The notes under the pieces are model-generated. The model did no database searches, was not told the DNA's origin, and saw only the letters and a list, made by a program, of their open reading frames with translations. Below, piece by piece: positions 26,723 to 39,087 of a stretch of DNA of 64,000 nt. The stretch is taken from positions 1 to 64,000 of the forward strand of contig LWCA01000062.1 in the NCBI GenBank assembly GCA_001642005.1. Direction: 5' to 3'. How positions within the stretch are numbered: position 1 is the stretch's first letter; each line of letters opens with the position of its first letter. This DNA is from Intoshia linei (taxonomy: Eukaryota > Animalia > Orthonectida). The translations under genes and the position numbers were made by a program.

Positions 26723-28236
26723 CAGTTGTGGCCAAAAAAAACGCATATAGCTATATGTATATAATTGAATCAATTAATTAAAAAAAAAATTAACTCACTT
26801 ATTAATTCGCATTAGACATTTTCATATACACAATATACTATTTTTAAATTTAACTTGAAATGGTCGATATATCTTAAAATAAAATTGAGGCGGACAAAAA
26901 AAACGCATAATTTACATAAACATTTATTTATTAATAAATATACATACATTATAATTAAAATTAAAAACTTGTATGACTTCCTTTAGCTCGATAGCACTTT
27001 CCACCCGTTTTAACATAGATTGAACATATTTTCTACACGTTTGATTTGTAATTTGAAGCCATTCCTCTTTTACTATTATTTTTAATTCATTTAGATTCTT
27101 CACCCTTCTTTCATGGACCTTTTGTTTTAGATGAACCCATAAATTTTCAATATGGTTAAAGTCAGGACTCTGTGCTGGCCATTCCATCACGTCTATTCCC
27201 TTTTGCTGGAAAAATGAGGTTGTTATTTTAGCTTTGTGCTTAGGGTCATTATCTTGTTGGAATATGAAATTCTCCCTTAAGCCTAGTTTGTGTGCCGATA
27301 ACATTACATTTTTGTTTAGAATTTGTGTATATTTTTATGCGTCCATTTTCCCTTCAATTATTTGGATTTCACCAACCCCGTAATAACTAAAACAGGCCCA
27401 AATCATTAAACTACCTCCGTCAAATTTAATTGTTGGGCAAATGTTTTTTAAATAGAAGCGAGATCCTTTTTTTCTGCGAACATACTGCTTGCCATCAGAC
27501 CCAAAAAAGTTTATTTTGTATTCATAAGATCAAATAAAGTGTTTCCAATAGTCCATCCCACTTAACAAGTAATTTTTTGCAAATATAAACCTTGCATCAA
27601 TATGCCTCTTCCTTAAATATGGTTTCCTGCAAACTGAATATGCTTAAAGGTCATTAGCGGAACATACTCTTCGTAGTGTTCGAGGTGAAACAATTTTATT
27701 ACATTGATCTTTCATGATATTCGACAATTTGGTACACCCCATTTTTGGATTCGACTCCAATTCACTTTTAATTCTAGTCAAATCAGCATTCGAGATAATT
27801 TGAGGACGTCCACTACCTTTTTTACGATCGAAAGTTTTAATTTTGATATTTTTTAATATTCGTGATATTGTACCTTGATTTTTACCATAAAAGTGTGCCA
27901 ACCTTTTTTGATTCCAACCATCAGAATATCTTGCCAAAATTTGAAATTTTTCCTTTTTTCTTAACTGCTTAGTCATGTGCTTGTAAAATAAATTCATATT
28001 TAAATGTAATTTCATCCTTTAAAATGGCGGGTTAATTGATCTAAATAAAGTATACATTTTTTTTGTCCGCTCTAATTTAATTATCCTATAAATATGTGAC
28101 TTCAAGACTGATTTCAATAAAATAAAATACAAATAAAATGCTGTTACACAATCACAATGTAGGTAGTAAAGTTTTTTTTATTTAATTCTACGAAATATCT
28201 CATTTTTAATATATGAATTTTTTTAGGCCACAACTG
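26723..28236 (-). mobile_element. Tc1 (DD34E) transposon with a disrupted transposase, inserted in a hAT MITE starting at 26510
   Basis: TIR CAGTTGTGGCC / GGCCACAACTG and TA TSD. Paired HTH with GSGRP motif; FQQDNDPKH..WPAQSPDFNHIENLW with 34 residues between D and E; ORF broken between 27304 and 27644. Confidence 0.93.
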
Positions 28237-29032
28237 TATATTACCAAAAAAAAACTATCATAAATTTACAATTGTTTGTATACTAGGCCCTAGTAACTAT
28301 AAGGTGGTCAACTATATTAAAATATGATTTATAACGAAAATGAATCCACTAATATTAAAAGATAACATTTTTTTAATCGCTGTTATAATTTACCGTTTTC
28401 TACCGTTTTCTCAAATTTACACATAATAAATTTCAATTATAACTGAAGAGAAACGTTTCTAGTATATTCAACAAAATAATATCCGGAACGATCTGAAAAT
28501 TGAGTAATAAAATGACTATAATAAGCCAATTATAGTATAAAATGATTAAACCGATATTTTAAAGTTGAAAAATAAATAATTTACATATTTACTCAAATAT
28601 CACCAAAATTATTCTGTAGGCATCTGGTTGCCGACCACTGAGATAAAGAAAATTTCATTGTGTATGCCATTATTAAGAAATTATAAAAAGCAATAGATAA
28701 TAATTATACTTATTACAATTTAATTTAAATAGTTGAATATAAAACCCAATTATAAATGACAAAATTATTATAATAGAATAAAATAAAAAATATTCATCGG
28801 AAAAACATCTTAATCAATTAATTTAAAAGAATTTGCTAATAAGAAAATTTATAAACCAATCCAGTAATTTGATATCCTCCATACATTAATTAAATTGTAT
28901 AGTAAAAGTTTAAATACAAAAGCTGTTACATTTAACATAAAATACAAACGTACAAAAATAAAACTACACGTAATATAGGTACTTTTCTAATTAGAAATAA
29001 AATAATGCATAATTCGATACTGTATTAATTAC

Positions 29033-29406
29033 CCAATGAGGCAGATATACAATTCCTTCTTTAGAAACAAATTCCAGTACACCGCAATGTGTAACTTTGT
29101 AGTTGTCCTCTTTTTCGTTTGAGATGGAAAACAACATTGGATACTGAATGTTTAATTGTACTATTAAAAAATGTAAAAAAAAAAAAAAAAAATCAACATA
29201 ATTGTTCCAAAGCAGAGTTTGGCATAATAACTAAATAAATAATTTAAATATAAAATAATATAATAAATGCTTAACATATAAACAAATTTACTTTTTCCAC
29301 CACAATTGACTTCATCAACTTTTTTATAACCATCAAACATTGTTACAGAATAAGCTCGATACTTGTGATGAAATTCGTTGGAAAAGTTATCAAACTGGCG
29401 AAACAT
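29033..29406 (-). CDS. UFD1: Ubiquitin fusion degradation protein 1, first three exons only
   Basis: MFRQF..KYRAYSVTM..VNCGGK|IIMPNSALEQL|LQLNIQYPMLF..VTHCGVLEFVSKEGIVYLPHW matches the UFD1 N-domain. I could not find downstream canonical exons. Confidence 0.85.
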
Positions 29407-29808
29407 ATTTGCTGCATTTATCTTAATTTGTTAACAATTGCAATATAAATAATTACCAAAGATCCAAAAATACTGTGCATGAGTCAATTAAACTGATTTA
29501 AGCAAGAAAGTGTCGTTAATCGTATAACTATAGAATTCTCGTTGTGATAGTAGCAGTGAAATTATATAATGTTGAAATTAATTAGTTGAATTAATTAGGT
29601 TGTAGTACACATTTGAAATTTGTAAATTAAAGCTACCCAAATAAATACAGACAAGTAAGCCCAACTTTATTGATTATCTAAATTAAGTTTTAAAAATTGT
29701 TATCCTTAACACAAAAATTGAGGCAAATTATTTTCTAACAGTATAAGTTGCAAATAATGTTCATTTTGGAGTAATCGATAAATTAATTCCGATTCTTTAG
29801 TTTTATAG

Positions 29809-32800
29809 ATGGAACATGTGAAAACAAGTAAAAATCCCGTGTGGGGTGAACACGAGGTACGATTGCAAATAATTATAGATTAAATTTTAATCATGTAACA
29901 AGGTTATTGAAAATGAAAATATAGAGGATATTGCTGAAAAGTATAGCATGTTACCCAGTGAGCTGAGAAAGATTAATAAACTGTCACGAAGCCTTGTATA
30001 TACTGGCCAGGTTGATTTGCTATTTAAATCAATAATTTTTATTTTTAGAAATTAAGAGTTAATTGTTCTCAAAATATTGAACCGAACCAAGATAATAAAA
30101 ACTACAATTTGGTTGTTATATAATTATATTTCATATTTATATATTGGTAATTTAGAAAAATGTTGATATTGAAGAAAAACTCAAAATGACTCATTTGGCT
30201 GAGAAATGTTCAATACATTATTATTCCAAGAGATTTACAAACAAAAACGTATTTTACATTTTTTATTGGAAAAAATTTAATTAAATTATAGGGTGTCGTC
30301 AGTGGTAAAATGTATATTAGCCCAAATACGTTTACATTTTATCCTAACCGTACGGACCCATTAGTGATCGAAAATTTCCAAGAAAAGTATAGTTTAAAAG
30401 TACCTCTAAAAGACATTATGTTTGTTAATTTATACCCTGAAATTGAAGAAATTAGTGAAACTGCTCGCCATTGGTTTTTTTATTTCATTTTTACTTGAAT
30501 TTTATTTAGCGACGAGTGCAGTGTTTCAAATTTAAAACGGTTTAGTAGTAGTCCTACGCCGAATACTACTGGCAAATTTCGATATCAGTCTCGAAATAAA
30601 CAAATTTATAACAGTAAAAATAGCCCATTTCCCTGTACTGGTACCAGTAAAAGCACTCAAAAATTCTTTTCAAAGACGTTTGATGTTATGGGAAAAGTTA
30701 GTTCGTCAGGTTCAGAGACTATTAATTATATTTCAACGTTTAATCCGTTTTCCAATAAAGTAAAAGATGGGTCTTTGAAATCTACTGTTAAAAATGGCAG
30801 CAAAAATTACAATTATTCTTATTTAACTTTTGATTCCAATGAAAATGTTAAAACAATGCTAAATAAACCGATCCATCAACATTTGAAATACAATATTGAA
30901 GAAACTCCAGAAAAAATAAATTTTATTCGCATTCGCACAATCACAGAAATGCCTGATGAACGGTATTTTATCTTTACTTATATAATATGCACTGATATAT
31001 TTGTTTGTGTGTGTGTTCCACTTTATTTCAATAACTACCAGTCTTAGAATTTTATAGTTCACATTTCAATTACAGCTTTTCTAAGGGTGATAATAAGATA
31101 AATTTCAACCTCCCAAACTCACATCTTACGGGTCAAAACCCTGTTGTCTCTCTTTTTGAAGAGCAAACGAGTTGGAGAATTTAAAAAAATATATCAATTG
31201 TCCTTCTTTTTGAAATCAAACGAGTTGGAGAATTTAAAAAAAGTATAGTTTTTTTCGGGACATATAATAAGATAAATTTCAACCTCCCAATTTCACATCT
31301 TACGGGTCAAAAACCCCAGTTGTCCTCTTTTTGAAAATCAAACGAGTTGGAGAATTTAAAAAGATATATAAGCTGATGCGGACTTTAAAATCATGAATTT
31401 AAATAAAAAAAAATTATATCTTTAGGGCCAAAACTACAAATTACTTTTTTTTTTATAAAAACAGCACTAGAATTTTAAAAAATTTATAGGTGATACAGTT
31501 GTATCCTCTTAACACACACAAAAAATTTCAATCCGAATAAGAGACGACTTCACAGTCAAAAAAGCATTTTAGTATTACTTAGTATTAGTATATTCAGGGT
31601 TCAAATATTGTTTGTATAGAGAGGCAAACACCATGGTAGAGGTCCAAAAATATGGGTTCTTAACTATTTTCCACTTGGCAACCCTTAATTCAATAAAATT
31701 CGATGTGGCACCCCAAAAATGTAAACTTAAATTCGAAAAAAGTAACGCTGTAATGTAACCTAAATTAATTTTGACTTATAATACACAGTTTCATTCATTT
31801 TGCACGCTGTTATTTATTAGATAAAGATTTAAACAAATTACATTGCATTTATTGAATGTGTTATCGATTTTAATAACGAGTATTATTAAAATAAAATATT
31901 AATTCTAATTTTGGCGATCGACTACAAAATCGACAGGTTGGGCATCCTTGATTTCCCGGTTCTCGACTTTTGTCATTTCCCGGGAAATCACAATCACTAC
32001 CTAGAAGCCACATATGGTCATTCAATCCTACGCTAAGGTTAGCTAGCCAATTTTAATGTTTTCAATTTCGACTATCCATTTCATGTAAATTCAATTGTAA
32101 TGTGAAAATTTAGTTGTCTCGAGGCTTTCAACTATCATGAACATTTCCGAGAATATTGGTTCGCAATAAACGAACTAAGGTACTGCAAAAACAATAAATA
32201 ATAATCAAAACATTGATAATTAGATCTGGTGAAATAATATGCAAACTAAACACATTTTTAAACAAAGACGTTGCTGAAAACGTTACTTCGATAATGAATA
32301 AGAATCTGGATTTTGATCAGTACAACATAATTGAAAATCAGAGCGATAGTAAGTTTTAGTTATAGCAATATTATTTGTTTAGGTAAATCTTTATTTCATT
32401 TTTGCGATTGCCCTATCAACATGAAAGAGAAGAATCTTTTTGGTGTATACGAAATACCTGAAACGGCGGAAGAAAAAAATGTTGATATTGATAAGCATAA
32501 ATGTAATACAATTTAGTCGATACTACCAATTACAATTACATCTGATTCTCAAGTGACGAACATTTCGCTAGAACCCGATATCAATTTTTATGAATATGGG
32601 GACGAATCGAGTATACTCGATGAAGCTGAGTTTAGTCAAGTTTTATAGATTCTATTACAAATGTATTTTTTTTAGGTTTCCAATTATTACCCACGTCGTA
32701 CTATTGGGAGTATGCTGAAAATGGTTTATACCTCTGAAAAATTAGGGTTTTGTATGAATACGCTGTATAACCGAGCGAAATCTGACGAGAATCAACACCC

Positions 32801-33873
32801 AATGTTATTGTTAATTCAAGATAACTATAAAAATGTTTTTAAATTTCAAAACTTAAACTTTATGTATGCTTTAGAAATTTGGGGCATTCTTATCAAAACC
32901 TCTTGTCGTTAATTCACAATTTTATGGATCTTGCGAAAACTGGCTTTTCACGTTTTATCCAGAGTTTAATGTTTATGGAGTCAGTGGAATTAACAATTAT
33001 TATGTCAAAAGTGACTTTAATAGCATAGCCATTGGATCTTCGTGGTATTTAAATATTTTAATCGTGTATGAGCAGGGTTGCCAACTGCATTATTTTCCCC
33101 CTGAGAATTCGGGTTTTCAAATTCAACTCAGCGCTCAGGGTTAAGTGATATTTCTCAGGGTAATTTAATTATTTCAATAAAAATCATCAGATCAGACATA
33201 TTTCATTTATATTCTATAATTTTTTTCTCTATGATGAAGGACTCTTAGTGTTAGCAGTTATTCCATTACTTAGTGACACCCATATTTTGGATTTTTTCTC
33301 TAAAGTATTCATTAAGTCATTTTGAAATGTGCTATTTGCTATTTTTTATGAAAAATTTAAAGTATTCATTTTAAAAGTTTTAATAAAAATTGTGTGTAAA
33401 CTGTTATTATTTTTTGAAAAAGAGACACCCCATAGTAAAAGAGGGTCCCAAAATTTTTTTTCTTATGGCGAAATTGCACAACACGCTGCGATTCCCTATA
33501 TGGCACTTCGATCAAAAATTCAGGTTGAGAATAACTTAATGTTGGTAACCCTGTGTATGAGGTGGTCAAATTATGACTCTTGAGAAATTTTCAAAAAATT
33601 ATATACAAAATCTACCACAATTTAAAAAAAATTTTTACTTTGGAATACCGAATAACTTATTTGTCAGTTTTAGAGTTATTTAAAATTAACATTTACGTTA
33701 AAAAATATTCGGCTTTATCGTGTAATATACAATTTAGTGGACATCATGGTCTATGGTTGAACCGAGAACTATATAGAGGTCGATCGCAGCCATGTACTAC
33801 ATTTAACAATACTTGTTTAACAGAAGACGAAGATTTTACAGTATCTACTTTGGAATTGTGGATATTTTCTTAA
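29809..33873 (+). CDS. OXR1: Oxidation resistance 1 / NCOA7 / mustard family protein (LysM, GRAM-like and TLDc domains)
   Basis: LysM (IEDIAEKYSMLPSELRKINKL..VYTGQ), GVVSGKMYISPNTFTFYPNRTDPLV, and TLDc (VYTSEKLGFCMNTLY..LLLIQD..KFGAFLS..FYGSCENWLF..GHHGLWLNRELYRGRSQPCTTFNN..LELWIF*). The start codon is uncertain. Confidence 0.88.
30971..31580 (+). mobile_element. Helitron 5' portion in an OXR1 intron
   Basis: A|TCTTTACTTATATAATATGC start, 8 nt after the splice donor, with internally duplicated subrepeats. Confidence 0.7.
33073..33553. mobile_element. hAT MITE in the last OXR1 intron
   Basis: TIR CAGGGTTGCCAAC / GTTGGTAACCCTG; perfect TSD TGTATGAG. Confidence 0.9.
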
Positions 33874-33915
33874 AAATAAATTATAATGTACATAAATAAT
33901 TGTGAATAAATTAAA

Positions 33916-34758
33916 TTAATATCCCTTGTAATGATTGAAATATCCAGGTTCCACTCGTGTGGTTTTAATAGATTTATATTTTCTGCTGTACTTGATGCTT
34001 TTAACAATAGAATTGGAACCAGGGAATGCAGTTATTCCTCCATAAAATTCGTCAGTTTCTGGGTCGAAACGGACAGGATCAATTTCTATAGACAAATTTT
34101 TTGGTAAAGTCGTACTAGCCAGTTGTTTTAATTTATCGCTTTGTACAGTTGGTTCTAAAAAGTAGTTTATAACCCTTTGTGTGGTATCCATCAATATCAA
34201 ATCATTATTTCTAATATCTTTATTAAAAGCCATCATCATTTTATTTAAAATCTAAAAAACTATTAATACTTTAATAAAGGCGTTCCAAAACTGGACCACG
34301 GGACCGGCTCATTTTTTATTTCATCAGTCTATTTTTATAAATATTTCAAAATGTTTAAACAGTAGATTACAAATTTGCGTTTTAATATTAAATTTATTCT
34401 GAAACTGGTGGTCTGCATTAGGGAACTATTCTTTAATATATTACGGAACCTTGAATTTAATTTTTAAATCCTTGAAAACATAATCTTTGTAATTATTTTC
34501 ATCACAGTCTGTTAAATTGATAATAATTTCTTTGCATTTATCCGACACATTAGAGGGTGGATCATAAAGCTGGGTTTGATCAATTGACCTGGTAATTTCG
34601 GATTCATTAATATTTTCAATCAAAGTTTCTTTAGTTTCAATTTTTTTCACCATTTCTGGTTTTTTAGTTTTCCATACAAAGTTTCGTATAAAATTTGCAT
34701 TCTATGTAGTTTTAATAAAAATATAAACCCATATTACCAATTTTTTCATATTCAGCAT
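33916..34758 (-). CDS. MRPL50: Mitochondrial ribosomal protein mL50
   Basis: YDPPSNV..DLKIKFK|..IRNNDL..VINYF..LPKNL..RFDPETDEFYGGITAFP..KY pattern typical of invertebrate mL50; 3 exons. Confidence 0.75.
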
Positions 34759-34844
34759 TTCAATAAAAGTACGTTTATTTTAAATTAAATATATTGAATT
34801 TGTACATTACAATTATTTTTAAAATATAAAATTGCGTAAACCAA

Positions 34845-37673
34845 ATGAGTAGTGTTTATGTGACTGAACCAGCCACAAATGGTAAAATATTGATGGTGAC
34901 GACCGCTGGAGATATTGACATCGAACTATGGCCAAAAGAAGCTCCAATGGCCTGTAGAAATTTCATTCAACTTGGTTTGGAAGGATACTACGATAACACT
35001 ATATTTCATCGTGTTGAAAAAAATTTTATTGTTCAAGGTGGTGATCCTAGTGGTTCAGGGTTTGGTGGAGAGTCGATTTATGGCAAACCTTTTAAAGTAC
35101 TTATTAACAAGTATATTTAATACGTTTAATTAAATTAAGGACGAATTTCATTCACGATTGAAATTTTCACGGAGAGGTATGCTTGGAATGGCAAATTCAG
35201 GCAAACATGATAATAATAGTCAATTTTTTTTTACCTTGAATGCTGCCAACGGATTAAACAACAAAAATACTTTATTTGGAAAGGTTTAATTTTCATTATA
35301 ATTTAAATTAAAATGTAGATAACAGGAAATACAATTTTTAATATGCTTCGAATTCCTGAAAATGTAGAATATGTAAAGAATGGTAATAATCGACCCGTAG
35401 ATCCACACCATATTATAAAAATTAAAGTAATTTTTAAAAAATAAAAAAATAAAACATTATTATAGATTTTAAAAAACCCTTTTGACGATATAGTTATTCG
35501 GAATAAAAAGAACACGGATATCCAAGTTATTCCATCTAAACCGGTTAAAAGGTTTGACGTTTAGATTTAAATTTTATATTTTTCATTAGAAATAAAAATT
35601 TATTATCATTTGCTGTTGAAGAGGAAGAAATTAAAGATAGTGTTTTTTACGTAAGGCAATATACAATTTTGTTTAATTTAGGAAACAAAAGGTTGCATTA
35701 GTAGTCACGATATTCTTAGTGATGCCCATTTGAGTAAAGAAGCTGTTCAAGTTGGCATTCCTGCAAATTTCAAAGTTTTCTTTTTATTTATAAATTCAGT
35801 TTAATGTTAGAAATCCAATTATTCAAAAGTAGAAAAAATTGATGAAGACTCGCCGCACATGTTGAAACTCAGAAAGAAAAGGTTTTCAATTAAATTTTTT
35901 TTTAATTGTATTTTATTAGACATGCTGATATTAGAGAAATTCAACGCGAATTATTGGCTAAAAAAGCTTTAACTCAGGAACAAGAAAAAGGAGAACATGG
36001 TAAGCGGTAGAGGCATTATAGTTTAGAAATAATGATCAGTTCCCAACCTACCGTACCCGATAGCACTTAACGGGACTCGATATCATTTTTGTAACAAAGG
36101 GCATTATTTTTTTCCAAATTGAACATTAAAAAAATATTTTTGAATGTCTTAACTAATTTGTGTATTAAATTTAAAATGAAAATAATAAATGAAGAGTCTT
36201 GGATTGTTATTGTTGTGATTAGGGCTATATGACATTACGCATCGTTTGCAAAAAAAAATTGGATCGTATTTTTCATTTTCTGGATTCGTCAAGCTTGCTA
36301 AGTTCGGCTTTACTAATGATAATCATTAAAAAATATTATATTTAATTGGAGGGCAATTCTACTACAATGTAATAGTATTGGCCAGCATAGTTTCGGCCCT
36401 GTGTGTCATATAATTTATAATTACATTTATTTATTTATACAGAACACATGGTTAATAATTTGGCTTTATTGGAATCCAAGGAAAAATTTAGATATAAATT
36501 CAAAAGTACCCAAATCAGAAAACAATCTGCTAGCGAAAGAGAAAAAAATAATTTACATATGCTAGAGCAATTTGAATCGTTGATAAAAATGAACTCAGCT
36601 TTAAGTAGCTATGCCGCAACTAAAGATAGTGATGATGAAGACGCAGGAAACACAAAAGGAGATGATATGAGTTGGTACGTTAAATTTAGTAAATACGGTT
36701 GCCAAGTAGAGTTCTGCAACACAATCCGAACAAGAACTTAGGATCGTTTTGGATCGTGTTTTAAGTTATTAACTAACTAATCTTTAACTTAATTTAATTA
36801 ATTTTTGTTCAATTAAATTTTAATCGTGTTTCGGACAAAAAGTTTTTGTTTCGTAGATACATATCATCTCATTTCGATCCAATGAAGAACTCTACTGTCA
36901 AGGCGTAGTATATCCTTTAGGTTCTTAATTTTGAAATTTTAAAAACAATTGTTATTCCATTTTTTTAATTTTCGGACTGTTAATCATTTCACACTTTTTG
37001 TTTTGATAAAATATTTCGGAAAAAAATATATGAATACTAAAATGCTTTTTTGACCGTGAAGTCGTCCACTTATTCAGATTTAAATTTATCTTATTATGTG
37101 TCCCGGAAAAAACTGTAATTGAAATGTGGACTTTATAAAATTCTAAGACTGGTAGTTATTGAAATAAACGGTAACACACACACAAATATTGCGTTGCATA
37201 TTATATAAGTAAGGATGTAATGTAAGTAAATCAGGGGTGGACAATCAGTTGCCCACAGAATAATTTTGGTGGCCCTTTCAGTTAATATGTAATTTATTTT
37301 TCAACTTTCAAACATTTTCTACTATAATTGGCTCATTAAAATCATTTTAATACTGAATTTCCAGATCGCCCTGGATTTTATTTTGTTGGATATACTGAAT
37401 GTTGTTTCTCTTCAGTTAAAATTGAAATATAGCATCTGTAATTTTTTGTGTATAAAAAAGTGGCCCACTAGATTCAAAAGGTCCCGACCCTTGAAGTAAA
37501 GAATGTAAATATTTAATTGAAATTTGTTTAGGTTGAAGCATCAGTTAATCTACTTAGAACCAGAAGACAAAGGTTTAAATGCCAATGTATACGAAATAGA
37601 CAGATATCATCTTTCCGATCCCAAGCACCCCACAAATCGTCATAGGCGTGGTGATTTCGACAAAAATGTATAA
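34845..37673 (+). CDS. CWC27: Spliceosome-associated cyclophilin CWC27
   Basis: MSSVYVTEPATNGK..TTAGDIDIELWPKEAPMACRNFIQL..DEFHSRLKFSRRGMLGMAN, NLLSF, SSHDIL, and C-terminal WLKHQL..DPKHPTNRHRR*. Confidence 0.93.
36707..36894. mobile_element. Small hAT-like MITE in a CWC27 intron
   Basis: TIR TAGAGTTCT / AGAACTCTA; imperfect TSD TTGCCAAG / CTGTCAAG. Confidence 0.55.
37232..37493. mobile_element. hAT MITE in a CWC27 intron
   Basis: CAGGGGTGG / CGACCCTTG ends; TSD AAGTAAAT / AAGTAAAG; a related inverted copy lies at about 28420-28640. Confidence 0.7.
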
Positions 37674-37933
37674 CATTAGTATAAATAAATATTGTATCAT
37701 ATTTTTCTACACATGAGTTACAAATTTCAAAACTTACAACTTTAATGGTTTTGCCCGGGGTTTTTTTTAAATTGCAACCTGATTGGATGCAAATTGAATT
37801 GTATTTAAATTTCTCGTTGGATGATAGGGTTTTTATACAAAATTTTATAGACAGACAGTATATACATTTCTAATATACATGCAAGTATAAATAAACACTA
37901 TTATAACAAGGAAATTTATTTACAAATGATATT

Positions 37934-38583
37934 TTAAAAAAAATTATTGAATGATTTTAATTGTATTGGAGAATTTAAATTCATATCTTCAACTTGAATA
38001 TTTTTTGGGTTTGCATAAACAAAAAGAGAATTTGACTTGTGAGCATGAAGTGCAAAAATGTTTTTTGAAATATTTGTAACATAAACTTTTCCAAAACCAA
38101 TACGTTTTTCCAAAGCTATACAAGCACTTAACAATTTTTGGTCATTAAGGTGGATAGGAGATTCATGTTCAAATGTAGTGATTAAAGAACCGTTTACCTT
38201 TAAAACTCTTAAAATTTCAAATAACGTAGAAGAGTGTAAATTGAGAATCCCAGAAAAATTTGAAACGAGAACATGATCGTATATATTTGATGCAATAGAG
38301 AAATGGGCAGGACTGGTGTGAATGAAAAGTTCATTTTTGTCAAGTTTCGTATTACAGTTTAGCCATTTCAAAGTGTGTTTTTTGTTTAACAATCCCTCCA
38401 ATTCTCGTAATGAAAAATCAATTATAGTGAGTTTCGACTCGTTATCTACAATTTATGAAAAAAATAAAATTTAAAAAAAAACATACTTTGAGATGCGCGA
38501 ATATATTGTTGCAAAATATCCCAATTGGTTAGGGTTCGGATTTTCATGATTGAAGTTCCAGTACAAAATTTTAGAGCTGCCAT
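37934..38583 (-). CDS. Anamorsin/CIAPIN1 N-terminal methyltransferase-like domain protein
   Basis: Two phase-compatible exons (MAALKFC..ASQ|NNESK..). YDHVLVS..LHSSTLFEILRVLKVNGSL resembles the anamorsin N-domain. No canonical Fe-S Cys motifs occur before the stop. Confidence 0.45.
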
Positions 38584-39087
38584 TTCACATTTTTTATTTT
38601 TTTCAATGTAGAATGTCTACAGTACTTTAATTAATGTGTAGTAATTAAACTTGTCGTCTTATCAACTTTAGGGAGACCTAGCCTTATCATTAAAAATATA
38701 CAATGTCGAAATTTGTAACAATTATCTTGGATAAGTTTCAAATGTTTATTGCTATGATTATACCTCTCTCACACTCAATACATGAAATACTCAATCTCAA
38801 AATCTGAAATCACCGCAGATCAGAAAATTGAGTCTAAACACCCATAACATTTACAAATACAAATGTAGTCTTCAGTTAAATCTTGTTATTTTGAATTATG
38901 TCACTGTTCCAAAGCGGAAATGAAGGCCAATTTTTTAAATTCATTAAAAATTGAATTGATTGAATTGAATTGATTAAATTAAAAAGTTACATAATAACCT
39001 TTTTAGATTTTTGCAGATTCATAAATCTCCATTTCTTCCAAATTTGCTTCAACATTAAATTTTAATAAAGTTTATGGTTATTCTTAA

